NCBI RefSeq assembly: GCF_964355755.1
Contig: NC_092673.1
Location: 34,903,648 to 34,967,647 of the forward strand
Direction: 5' to 3'
From: Antedon mediterranea
Lineage: Eukaryota > Animalia > Echinodermata
DNA length: 64,000 bases
Positions 1 to 12,800 of the stretch are shown here, piece by piece. Below the pieces are notes generated by a model, which did no database searches, was not told where the DNA came from, and saw only the letters and a list, made by a program, of their open reading frames with translations. The position numbers and the translations under genes are program-made. The first letter of the stretch is position 1; every line of letters starts with the position of its first letter.

Positions 1-3000
1 GTATGATATACAGTATGTAGTGACCAAACAAATAACTCTTAACAACATGGCATCTACCAAAGGTATGATATACAGTATGTAATGACCAACAAATAACTCT
101 TAACAACATGGCATCTACCAAAGGTATGATATACAGTATGTAATGACCAAACAAATAACTCTTAACAACATGGCATCTACCAAAGGTATGATATACAGTA
201 TGTAATGACCAACAAATAACTCTTAACAACATGGCATCTACCAAAGGTATGATAATATACAGTATGTAATGACCAAACAAATAACTCTTAACAACATGGC
301 ATCTACCAAAGGTATGATATACAGTATGTAATGACCAACAAATAACTCTTAACAACATGGCATCTACCAAAGGTATGATATACAGTATGTAATGACCAAA
401 CAAATAACTCTTAACAACATGGCATCTACCAAAGGTATGATATACAGTATGTAATGACCAAACAGATAACTCTTAACAACATGGCATCTACCAAAGGTAT
501 GATATACAGTATGTAATGACCAACAAATAACTCTTAACAACATGGCATCTACCAAAGGTATGATATACAGTATGTAATGACCAACAAATAACTCTTAACA
601 ACATGTCATCTACCAAAGGTATGATATACAGTATGTAATGACCAAACAAATAACTCTTAACAACATGGCATCTACCAAAGGTATGATATACAGTATGTAA
701 TGACCAACAAATAACTCTTAACAACATGGCATCTACCAAAGGTATGATAATATACAGTATGTAATGACCAAACAAATAACTCTTAACAACATGGCATCTA
801 CCAAAGGTATGATATACAGTATGTAATGACCAACAAATAACTCTTAACAACATGGCATCTACCAAAGGTATGATATACAGTATGTACTGACCAAACAAAT
901 AACTCTTAACAACATGGCATCTACCAAAGGTATGATATACAGTATGTAATGACCAAACAAATAACTCTTAACAACATGGCATCTACCAAAGGTATGATAT
1001 ACAGTATGTAATGACCAACAAATAACTCTTAACAACATGGCATCTACCAAAGGTATGATATACAGTATGTAATGACCAAACAAATAACTCTTAACAACAT
1101 GGCATCTACCAAAGGTATGATATACAGTATGTAATGACCAACAAATAACTCTTAACAACATGGCATCTACCAAAGGTATGATATACAGTATGTAATGACC
1201 AAACAAATAACTCTTAACAACATGGCATCTACCAAAGGTATGATAATATACAGTATGTAATGACCAAACAAATAACTCTTAACAACATGGCATCTACCAA
1301 AGGTATGATATACAGTATGTAATGACCAACAAATAACTCTTAACAACATGTCATCTACCAAAGGTATGATATACAGTATGTAGTGACCAAACAAATAACT
1401 CTTAACAACATGGCATCTACCAAAGGTATGATATACAGTATGTAATGACCAAACAAATAACTCTTAACAACATGGCATCTACCAAAGGTATGATATACAG
1501 TATGTAATGACCAACAAATAACTCTTAACAACATGGCATCTACCAAAGGTATGATATACAGTATGTAATGACCAACAAATAACTCTTAACAACATGGCAT
1601 CTACTAAAGGTATGATATACAGTATGTAATGACCAAACAAATAACTCTTAACAACATGTCATCTACCAAAGGTATGATATACAGTATGTAATGACCAAAC
1701 AAATAACTCTTAACAACATGGCATCTACCAAAGGTATGATATACAGTATGTAATGACCAAACAAATAACTCTTAACAACATGTCATCTACCAAAGGTATG
1801 ATATACAGTATGTAATGACCAAACAAATAACTCTTAACAACATGGCATCTACCAAAGGTATGATATACAGTATGTAATGACCAACAAATAACTCTTAACA
1901 ACATGGCATCTACCAAAGGTATGATATACAGTATGTAATGACCAACAAATAACTCTTAACAACATGGCATCTACCAAAGGTATGATATACAGTATGTAAT
2001 GACCAAACAAATAACTCTTAACAACATGGCATCTACCAAAGGTATGATATACAGTATGTAATGACCAAACAAATAACTCTTAACAACATGGCATCTACCA
2101 AAGGTATGATATACAGTATGTACTGACCAAACAAATAACTCTTAACAACATGGCATCTACCAAAGGTATGATATACAGTATGTAATGACCAACAAATAAC
2201 TCTTAACAACATGGCATCTACCAAAGGTATGATATACAGTATGTACTGACCAAACAAATAACTCTTAACAACATGGCATCTACCAAAGGTATGATATACA
2301 GTATGTAATGACCAACAAATAACTCTTAACAACATGGCATCTACCAAAGGTATGATATACAGTATGTACTGACCAAACAAATAACTCTTAACAACATGGC
2401 ATCTACCAAAGGTATGATATACAGTATGTACTGACCAAACAAATAACTCTTAACAACATGGCATCTACCAAAGGTATGATATACAGTATGTAATGACCAA
2501 ACAAATAACTCTTAACAACATGGCATCTACCAAAGGTATGATATACAGTATGTAATGACCAAACAAATAACTCTTAACAACATGGCATCTACCAAAGGTA
2601 TGATATACAGTATGTACTGACCAAACAAATAACTCTTAACAACATGGCATCTACCAAAGGTATGATATACAGTATGTAATGACCAACAAATAACTCTTAA
2701 CATCATGGCATCTACCAAAGGTATGATATACAGTATGTAATGACCAAACAAATAACTCTTAACAACATGTCATCTACCAAAGGTATGATATACAGTATGT
2801 AATGACCAAACAAATAACTCTTAACATCATGGCATCTACCAAAGGTATGATATACAGTATGTAGTGACCAAACAAATAACTCTTAACAACATGGCATCTA
2901 CCAAAGGTATGATATACAGTATGTAATGACCAAACAAATAACTCTTAACAACATGGCATCTACCAAAGGTATGATATACAGTATGTAATGACCAAACAAA

Positions 3001-3440
3001 TAACTCTTAACAACATGGCATCTACCAAAGGTATGATATACAGTATGTAATGACCAAACAAATAACTCTTAACAACATGGCATCTACCAAAGGTATGATA
3101 TACAGTATGTAATGACCAAACAAATAACTCTTAACAACATGGCATCTACCAAAGGTATGATATACAGTATGTAATGACCAACAAATAACTCTTAACAACA
3201 TGGCATCTACCAAAGGTATGATATACAGTATGTAATGACCAACAAATAACTCTTAACAACATGGCATCTACCAAAGGTATGATATACAGTATGTAATGAC
3301 CAAACAAATAACTCTTAACAACATGGCATCTACCAAAGGTATGATATACAGTATGTAATGACCAAACAAATAACTCTTAACAACATGGCATCTACCAAAG
3401 GTATGATATACAGTATGTAATGACCAAATAAATAACTCTT
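1..3440. repeat. 62-bp tandem satellite, ~55 copies, cut by window start
   Basis: Unit gtatgatatacagtatgtaatgaccaaacaaataactcttaacaacatggcatctaccaaag starts at 1 and 63; 61-bp (accaac) and 65-bp (gataatat) variants; no spacers. Confidence 0.97.
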
Positions 3441-4474
3441 TAGTTTTAACAAAACACAGAATTATGTATACTTTACTGCAGTAGTATTCTGTAGTTTATA
3501 TTTGATATGTAGCTGCCTTTGTATGTTTACTTTTCTCATTAAACTACTGGCTTTAGTTTTTACCTACAACATCTATTAATTTCATAAACATATTTAAAAT
3601 TAGTTTTTTAGAATAAATACCAGTATAAAGTTTGTTATTAATAAATAATGTTGTTTGATAATAATTTAATTATTTTTACTAACATAAACCATAAGCAATT
3701 TTAGAATTTTGGACCACTTTTTAAAAGACAGGCAATTACTATTAATTACAGTACTAGGTTAATCAATCATACTGCAAATGTTTTTTTTTTAAATTCCAAA
3801 ATAGATACGTTTTTTGGAACCGACAGGGTGTCCTCCTAATAGGGGTGTCCCCTGAATAGGAGTACCATTATTAAGGGGACACTAGCAAAAACCCTAAATT
3901 GTTCCCTTATTACAGGTTTTCGCTGGAAAAACAAAAAACAAATACACCAAGATGAACAATAATTGATTATTAACGTTTCACCAATAAAAACTTTCATGTT
4001 CATAATAATATTAATTTTTAAAATTCAAAATGATAGAAATGAATATAATTATTCGATCTTCTTTGTTGTTTTTTGTGACAAAAAAAACATTGAACTGCAG
4101 TCTCCACAAGTTCAGTTTATTTTGTTGTAAATATTGAAAAGGACTAAATACATAATTTGGACGAATACACAAAAACAACATTACAATTTTTTTTTAATGT
4201 AATAAAATAGTTTTTATGAATTTTAGTTTTATCTGGGATAACATTATAAAATTTGGTGCCACTTATGTTATTTTGGTTTGTGGATATAGGTAATTTTATG
4301 TTTAATTACGAAATGGAACGAGTTTGTGTCAATCTGAAGTAATCTTATTTGACAATAAATTATTTTCTTATACCAGTCAAATTCATTCAATTCAATTTGA
4401 AAAACAAATTGTAATCAAAGGATAGTTTAAGAAAGCTAAGCTGCTGAGTCAGGATATTGCTCACAATTGAGATT

Positions 4475-4951
4475 CATGTACTATATTGCAGTACTATATT
4501 GCATGTACTATATTGCGTGTACTATATTGCAGTACTATATTGCATGTACTATATTGCATGTACTATATTGCATGTACTATATTGCATGTACTATATTGCA
4601 TGTACTATATTGCATGTACTATATTGCATGTACTATATTGCATGTACTATATTGCATGTACTATACTGCATTTACTATATTGCATTTACTATATTGCATG
4701 TACTATACTGCATTTACTATATTGCATGTACTATATTGCATGTACTATATTGCATGTACTATATTGCATGTACTATACTGCATTTACTATATTGCATTTA
4801 CTATATTGCATGTACTATATTGCATTTACTATATTGCATTTACTATATTGCATGTACTATATTGCATTTACTATATTGCATGTACTATATTGCATTTACT
4901 ATATTGCATTTACTATATTGCATATATTATATTGCATGTACCATATTGCGT
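4475..4951. repeat. 15-bp intronic minisatellite (catgtactatattgc-type), ~32 copies
   Basis: Direct tandem repeats ending ~40 bp before the acceptor AG at 4988-4989. Confidence 0.95.
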
Positions 4952-4989
4952 GTTAATAAACTTATAATGGTGTTGTCTTTACATTTTAG

Positions 4990-5526
4990 AAATCTCACTG
5001 GAAGAATTTAATGAACTGTTGACTGATACAGCAAATTGGTATGACCGACTTGGATACCTCAAAGCGTTAAAACTTTTATACAAAGACAATTTGACAAAAT
5101 CTAATGTAGCGGTGTCTAAAGCTGAAAGTGTCTGGGATTTACTACAGGATTTAACAGGCTCTGGAAGTTTAAGTCCATCAAATCTTACTATCATATACGA
5201 CACAATAAAGATAACCAAGCAATTTGGCTTTAAGTCAAACATTAAAAATCAACCTCCAGAAGATATTAAGAACCATGTAATATCAATGTTGACATCTTAC
5301 AGACAGAAGCTTTTTAAGCTGGGAGTAGAACTTAAAGAGGATGAAGTATCAAAAATTGATTTTCTTTTTAACAATCCATTATTAAAGAAGTATCCAGATA
5401 GTTGGAGTTTGATTAAGGATTTTGAAGACCGAAAGATCATTGATAGCGATTATGCAAGGATGGAGGATTTTCTTAATGTTTTAGAAAGAAATGGAATGAC
5501 AAAGGCTGGGAAGATTTTTTTTGATG
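4990..5526 (+). CDS. NLR copy 1, tandem-DED exon 1 (537 nt, phase 1-1)
   Basis: ttttag|AA ATC acceptor and GAT G|gttagt donor. The protein ISLEEFNELL...SVWDLLQDL and TSYRQKLFKLGVELKEDEVSKIDFL...LIKDFEDRKII resembles caspase-8/FLIP tandem DEDs. The exon is conserved in the paralog at 55369. Confidence 0.85.
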
Positions 5527-6222
5527 GTTAGTTTCTTTGTTTTTCTTTTCTTTGGTATGTTATAGCCTTTATACTTACAGCATACATACAGCCAATAGTT
5601 ATATCTTTCTTGCACCTTCTAATCCGATAATGTGTTAAGAATCTTCAATCTCATGTATACTTTTACGTGTGTTAACTAGTATCAGTATAGCCATAATAAT
5701 GTGTTGTTTTTGTAAACTTTATGTGTTTCATATGGACAGTTTGTCTGAAATAAAGTTGAATTGAATTGAATTGAATGGCAATTTTTTTTGACCAATTTCT
5801 TTGATTGGTCATCTTAGTTTTAACGTCATGTATATGTACAGTATTCAAGTCGCAGACAGGTCAAAGGTAATGAATACAAAACCTAGTTAATAATACAAAA
5901 CGATAAATAAAATAATACAAATGATCAATTGAGTGTACTGTAAACATTTAAAGATATATTATCCCCTAGTAAACAAATCATTTAAAGAAAAATAATTTAT
6001 TTTTATGTTACTAAACAAGGCTATCAAACAACTTGGCTTAGCAAAATAGGCTATCGTAACAGACTTTAATGTTTGTTTTTATGTTTTGTGTTTATTGCTA
6101 TTTAATTGTAATTTGCTCATGGATCCTAGTGAAATTTTGTGGAAGCCAATTAACCACTGGCAAATCAAACAAACATGTATGGCTTAGATGCAATACTATT
6201 ATGTGCCGTCCATAACGTTTAC

Positions 6223-6549
6223 AGATGTATTGTCCCGTGACAAAATATTTTTTCCTTTTTTTTATATGTTAATTGTTATTTAAATATCACATAATAGTTA
6301 TCCACTTTGAACAAAAATTAAATCGAAAAAAAAAAAACTGTAATTTAAAGCAAAAAATAGTAAAATTGTCTTCCAGCCAATGGGTTTTTGGTTGAGTTTG
6401 ACCGTTTATTTTGTCATTTTATATGATAAAACATTTTTTTTATAGTTTTTTTTACGGAAGGGGTTAACTTTATTAAAACTACAAATAACCAATTCAAATT
6501 CTGATTTAATAAACCTTTTTGTTATTTTTTTTTGGGTGAAAATACATCT
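6223..6549. mobile_element. Kolobok-like MITE in intron
   Basis: Termini agatgtattgtccc...aatacatct followed by TTAA; absent from the paralogous intron (~56430); same termini as the element at 50637-54268. Confidence 0.6.
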
Positions 6550-6677
6550 TTAATTTAGCGATTTAAGTCTGGTTCTTTACAAGATTTGTTAAACTCTTTA
6601 CTGTGGATGAATCCACTGATTATTACTTGCGTGTTTTATTAAATTAAAATGGTGTTGTATTCATCTTCACATTATAG

Positions 6678-7211
6678 AAATGTCAGTCGAGGATTTTAAT
6701 CAACTGTTGATTGATACAGCAGAATGGTATGATCGACTTGGATACCTCAAACCCTTAAAACTATTATATAAAGACCATCTGACAAAATCTAACACAGGTA
6801 TAACTAGAGCTGAATGTGTCAAGGATCTACTACAGGATTTAACAGCCTCTGGGAAATTGAGTTTATCAAATCTTACTCTTCTGTATGACACAGTAAAAAT
6901 AACTAAGCAATTTGGCTTTAAGTCAACAGTTAAAAATCAACCTCCAGAGGACATTGAGAAACATGTTGTATGGATGCTGACATCTTCCAGACAAAAGATT
7001 TTTAAGTTAGGATTAGAACTGAAAAAGGATGAAGTATACACATTAGATTCTTTATATAACAATCCACCAAAGAAATATCAAAACAGCTGGAGTTTGATTG
7101 AAGATTTTGAAGACAGAGAAATCATTGATGAGGATTTTTAAAAAATGGACAAATTTCTTACAATTTTGGAAATAAATGGAATGACAGGAGCAAAGAAGAT
7201 ATTCATTGATG
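6678..7211 (+). CDS. NLR copy 1, tandem-DED exon 2 (534 nt, phase 1-1) with in-frame TAA at 7139-7141
   Basis: tatag|AA ATG acceptor and G|gttagt donor. The frame continues after the stop (*KMDKFLTILEINGMTGAKKIFID) and matches paralog DFKKMDTFL. Confidence 0.82.
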
Positions 7212-7608
7212 GTTAGTTTATTTGTTTATTGAATATTAATTAATAGATTTAATAGTGGAATACAAGACAATTGAGTGTTTTGTGTTTTAAATTAAACATT
7301 TAAACTTTGCATTAGTTTTATTATGATTTAGTCTTAAAATAAATTTTTGGATATTTAAAAGTAAATTAAACTGTTTTATATTTAAACTATTGTAATTACA
7401 ATATTGTAGTAAAATTGTTATTTCCTTTTTTTCAAAATTGTGTATACTTTACTACAGTAGTATTCCACCTGTAGTTTATATATATGTAGCTGCCTTTGTA
7501 TGTTTACTGTTACTCTACTGGCTGAGTAACTAAATTTAGTTTTTACCTACTTTCATAAATATATTTAAAATTTACTTGTACTGTATTGTATGGATTTTTT
7601 AAACTCAG

Positions 7609-7683
7609 ATGTGGAATCAAAGGAAAGAGTAGAGAAGCCTTCTTCTTTAAACTGGGAACAACAACTATCACTAACAGATAAAG
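7609..7683 (+). CDS. NLR copy 1, 75-nt linker exon (DVESKERVEKPSSLNWEQQLSLTDK)
   Basis: ctcag| and G|gtata boundaries, phase 1-1, open frame, conserved at 58019-58093. Confidence 0.8.
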
Positions 7684-8017
7684 GTATAATAAAATTAAAT
7701 TTTGTATAAAAAAAAATTAAACATATAAGAATATTTAAATTTTATAATTATACACCAATTAAATAAAATACTTATATGCATGTGCAGGTAAAATTACTGT
7801 TTCTATTGTCTTAACGTCCTCTTTCGTCTAAATCAAGGTAAAATCTGAATATCAAGTCTGTGCTGTAGTTCAATTAGTCATAATTTACGTCTTCAGATAC
7901 CGTCTAGATTGATCCTATGTTGATGATCAGTTTGACATCAAGTTGGAACACGCATTATTTTATAAGATTTATACATCCTAATATTTTGTAAAGATTGTTT
8001 TGTTTTCATTTTTGCAG

Positions 8018-8548
8018 ACATTTTTTATGCCTTTTACCTTAATGATAAGTTCCAGACTTTAAAATCTGAACTTAGCAAAATCTATAAGGGTCAGTTTTAC
8101 AAATGGTTGAGATTCTGCCTGTGTGATAAGATATGTTTGGAAGATATTACCCGTGATGATGGTACAGGAATTTTGTTATTCAGTGAACTTCAACGAACTG
8201 GTAAAATCACACCTTATAAATTTACTGTTCTGTTGGACATTGCAATTTTAACCGGTTTCAGGGAAGCTGAAGATCTGGTAATTCAGTATATGGTAGATAA
8301 CAATGTTGAACCTGTTGATGACGAAAGGCTGTCATTGTTTCGACAACAACTATTCCGGGCTTTAAGAGAAATTGGAAAAAATGAGTTGAAGAAAGTTAAT
8401 CATAATTATGATGTACTGAAAGAATTTAAATCGACAAATATTTGGGATGCTGTGCTAATACTAGAGAGAAAAAAACTCTTAGAAACACCTGCACAAATAG
8501 ATAAGTTTGCACATCTTCTTGGAAAATCCGCTCCACAGAGACTACTCG
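8018..8548 (+). CDS. NLR copy 1, tandem-DED exon 3 (531 nt, phase 1-1)
   Basis: tttgcag| and CTC G|gtatgt boundaries; FQTLKSELS...LLFSELQRTGKITP and LSLFRQQLFRALREIGKNELKKV...IWDAVLILERKKLL are DED-like; paralog at 58875. Confidence 0.82.
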
Positions 8549-9383
8549 GTATGTATATTTTCCCTTTTATTCACTGTTATCAACCATGGATAAACATTTT
8601 CATAAACTCGGCTATATTTCTTATAATTTATAAGGAATTTTAATGTTTCTTATCATTTTGAATGGCCAATATGGCATGTGATGTGTATAGGTATGAGAAC
8701 ACAATTTCATCTGGTTTTATTGAGATAATAGTTTATAAGTGTAACTTGCATGTCAAGCAGCTAGACTGATAGTCTAGCTGTTATTTTTAACAAACATAGC
8801 ATATGCACTATGTCGTGGTAAATTAAGTATCATACGTAATGGGTTATTGTAACAAACTTGTCCTTATTGTAATTAAATAATGCTGCGCCTGGACTGGTTC
8901 TGATAATACGAAAATGCATTCTCTTTTTAAGTTACAAAAAAAGGCAGAATCTGTTTTCTGATTGTAAATTTAGGGATGTAAATAATAAACGTTTTTGCTA
9001 CACAGTGGGTTTAAGCAAGTGAGCGAGGCCTAATATGTTTAATATTATCTTAAATAGTGAAAACCACCATAATTAATGTACTTTACCAAATTATTGTTTG
9101 TTCGTTGTATATGAATATCATACCATTTTATTTAAAATAACTTTTATTATTATATTTTTAAAAAAAATTATTTTAAACTCTTTTATTTACAGTGGACCTA
9201 ATGAATCTACTGTATTGTTAGTCGGAAATAATATATACTGTATATTAGTTTTCAATTTCAATTGAAAACAACTTTCCTTTCTTTTTAAAAATATTTTTTT
9301 TTTCAGAATAAAGACTAGTCAAAGCACACTATTCAATGATGTTCTAATTTGTTTAATGTATAATTTTTGTTATTTAAACACAG

Positions 9384-9425
9384 AATCTACCAAAGAAATA
9401 ATGAAACTATCAACAATAGATAAAG
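9384..9425 (+). CDS. NLR copy 1, 42-nt linker exon (ESTKEIMKLSTIDK)
   Basis: cacag| and G|gtaat boundaries, phase 1-1, conserved at 59640-59681. Confidence 0.75.
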
Positions 9426-9823
9426 GTAATTGCGTTTTGTAAATATTTTTATTTGAATTTACTACATACCAATATCTAGAAAATACTCTTAATTGATTGT
9501 GTATTTTAGATAGCATAGAGTTGATTTTAAATAACTACAGAAATGTAAACTTTTTCCTACACAAGAGTTAGATAAACATAATTTTATAACATTGAGCTTT
9601 GAGTTAACAGACAAATATCTGAATTTATCATTGATTGTATATTTGAACTCTTATTAAATTGATGTTGAACATAGTAAAATTATGACTAAACTAAAACTAG
9701 AGATAAAGCAAGGTGCTAAAAAACCACTACAATTAAATTAAAACTACAAATGTATTTATTTATGACTTTACATGTCATAAAGATAAACCTTCTTTATTTA
9801 TTAGATGTTGATTTTATTTACAG

Positions 9824-12800
9824 CTGCCAAGACATATCTGAAAGAAGAGCAACAAAAATCATATCAAGATATGAACTTAATGGGAACAGCAATTTTTAAT
9901 GAAGAACACAAAGTTGACATTGCAGACGTATTCACAGATCTTAAGTTACTTCAATCTACAAAAAAAAAACAGGTTGACCAAGCAACAAGACGGCAAGATG
10001 CTAAACCAACAAATTTAGTACATGTGTTGAAGATGATAAAATATAGAAGTTCATGTAAAGTTCTAATAACTGGTAAAGGGGGGATGGGAAAGACAACTGT
10101 TCTCAGATACATTACATATAACTGGGCTAATGATAAGGATGATACATTTTCTGATCAAGTATTGTTTCTGTTAAATATCAGAGATTTAGAGCCAGGAAAG
10201 ACAATCATAGATACTATTGTAGATGACATTGACCTTGAAAAAATTCCTACATCTGTAAAAGAAAAATCCAAAAAAGATCCTAAGGAATTGATCAAAACAT
10301 TCATGATAGAAAATGAGAATGAAATAGTTATACTATTAGATGGATTAGATGAGTTAAAGCAAGGTGATAAAAAACCATTACAATTATTGAAATTTAAATC
10401 GGACTATAAATATACCACAATAATAACATCACGGCCTGAAAATATTACGACATTTGTTGAAAACTGTGATGTGCATGTTGAAGTCAATGGATTTAGTGAA
10501 GAAAGTATGAAGCTTTATATTCAGAAATATTTCAAAGAAAATCCTAAATTAGGGAAAATGTTAATCAAAAAATTAAAGCTTATTTCACACAAGAATTATG
10601 ATTCAGAGGATTCAAATTCAACAGATTTTGATCCAGAAATGTCAGATTTAGAACATTCAAGTTTTGAGAATTCAAGTTCAGTAGACAAATATCCAGATTC
10701 ATTCAGAAATATAGATATAATTGAACTATGTTCATCTCCTTTGTTATTACTTTTGATTTGTAGCATTTGGGAAGAATCAGAAAAGCTTCCAAATGATTTG
10801 TCAGATCTTTTCAAAGAACTAATTTGTTGCACTTTAAATCAATATTTATCCAAAATAAATGGTGAGGGGAAGAAATCTGCAATTTCACAGTTTGAACAAA
10901 TTCAAGGTGATTATAAAACTGCTATCCTAGCGTTAGGCCAATGTATTTATCAACGACTAAAAACAAATGAACTGATAATTGACAGGTCTCAGTTCACAAA
11001 TATGGTTAAAAATGAATCAATAGAAGACTTGGCACTCAAAATTGGATTTGTTTACAAAAAGCCACCACTTAATAAAAGAGATCAAAAAGAGATATATGCT
11101 CCCCCGCATAAGCTAGTTTCAGAGGCATTAGCAGGGTTTTACCTTGCTGATAAGTGTCAGTCAGGTGATTTGAAGGAGGAGGAGTGTGAAATGATACTAT
11201 CTAATGGATATCTACATATGACAATCATATTTACAATAGGATTCCTAGGTGCTGATGCTGGTAGATTAATGAAACATTGGCTGAAGGTAAAAGCTTCAAA
11301 CTTGTATTCACTAACAAAGTATTTCAAATATGTAAAGGCAGAACATGAACCTTCTGTAGTAAAAGAATTGGAAGCAAAAATATCAGGTGATAAAGTACTT
11401 AAAGAAACATGTTTAGAAATGACCGAGTCATTTAGATATGCTCTAGGTTTTATTAACCCCTTGGATGAGCAAATAGCAACATCACAAATGCAATTAGTAC
11501 AACTTATGAGCAAATGTTATGGTTTTTCTAATGAACAGTGGATTTCAGTGATTATGGAGAAAAGACCCACTAAACCAACTACAGACTTTTGTGCTATGGT
11601 AGTTCATTTCTTAATATTCATGTATTCACCAATAAGTGATAATGAAGAAGTATTTAAATTAGATTTGTTTGTGAAAGACAATGAGATTGATACTATTTCA
11701 ACTATAATGGACAAATTTCAATTTCAATATGGCTTTGAAAATATTTCATTTGATAAATCACAGAGTCCTAATTTATTGGTACATTGTTTGAATTATTCAC
11801 CTAACTTAAAAAATATCTATTTTAAACCTGACAGTCTAACCATTATTACATTAAACCACGTTCTTGAAAATATCTTTCCACTTGATCTAAAGCTTCATAT
11901 TGAAAAGGATGATTTAAGTAATATTGATGCTGTTTCACTTTCTAAGTTGGTGAGTCTAGTTGAGAAGTTTACATTTAGTAACTGTAACTTATCAGTTGAT
12001 CACCTAAATGTTCTTGTAAATTTCTGTTATGAATGTGATAGGATATTGACATGGAAGAAGTTGGATTTAAGTCGAATTAACCTATGTTCAATTGAAGGAT
12101 CAAAATTAGCTTGTTTATTAAAATTCTCTCCACAACTAGAACATCTTGATATGAGTGAGTGTAATCTCTCAGGTAGTATTATAAAAGATTTATTGAATGA
12201 ATGTGATAAAAACAATGTGGTATTGAAACCTAAATTGCTTGATCTTAAGGAAAACAATTTGTCAGGTATTGATGTTAATATACTATTTAGGTTGGTTGAT
12301 CTAATTGATATGGATGATGACACTTTTGAATGGTGTGATTATAGCCTGTCACTTAATAACATTAGATGTCTTGCAGATGCCTGTCACGAACAAGGTAGGA
12401 TATTGACATGGAAAAAGTTGAATTTAAGTTGGATTAACCTATCTTCAATGGAAGGATCAAAATTAGCTTGTTTATTAAAATTCTCTCCACAATTACAACA
12501 TCTTGATATGAGAAATTGCCATATTTCAGGTAGTATTATAAAAGATTTATTGAATGAATGTGATAAAAACAATGTGGTATTGAAACCTAAATTGCTTGAT
12601 CTTGAGGAAAACAATTTGTCAGGTATTGATGGTAGTACACTATTTAGGTTGGTGGATTCAAATTGTATGAATTATTCTACTTTTAAATGGAAAGATTATA
12701 GCATGTCAGTTGATAACCTAAGAGGTCTTGCAGATGCCTGTTATGAACATGGTAGGATATTGACATGGGAACAGTTGAATTTAAGTAGGATTAACTTAGC

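Noticed and set aside
1-3440. CRISPR-like array, or coding ORFs in the 62-bp repeat
   Set aside because: Units are contiguous with no unique spacers, there are no cas genes, the context is eukaryotic, and 61/62-bp variation shifts frames.
4457-5011. Cys/Tyr-rich hydrophobic ORFs in all three frames (also 54854-55368)
   Set aside because: These are translations of a stop-free 15-bp intronic minisatellite.
8549-8643. Hydrophobic extension of the DED-3 ORF
   Set aside because: It follows the conserved G|gtatgt donor and is not conserved in the paralog, so it is intron.
9805-9823. ATG at 9805 as the start of a stand-alone 2897-aa gene
   Set aside because: It lies in the polypyrimidine tract; the phase-1 acceptor at 9823 matches the upstream exons.
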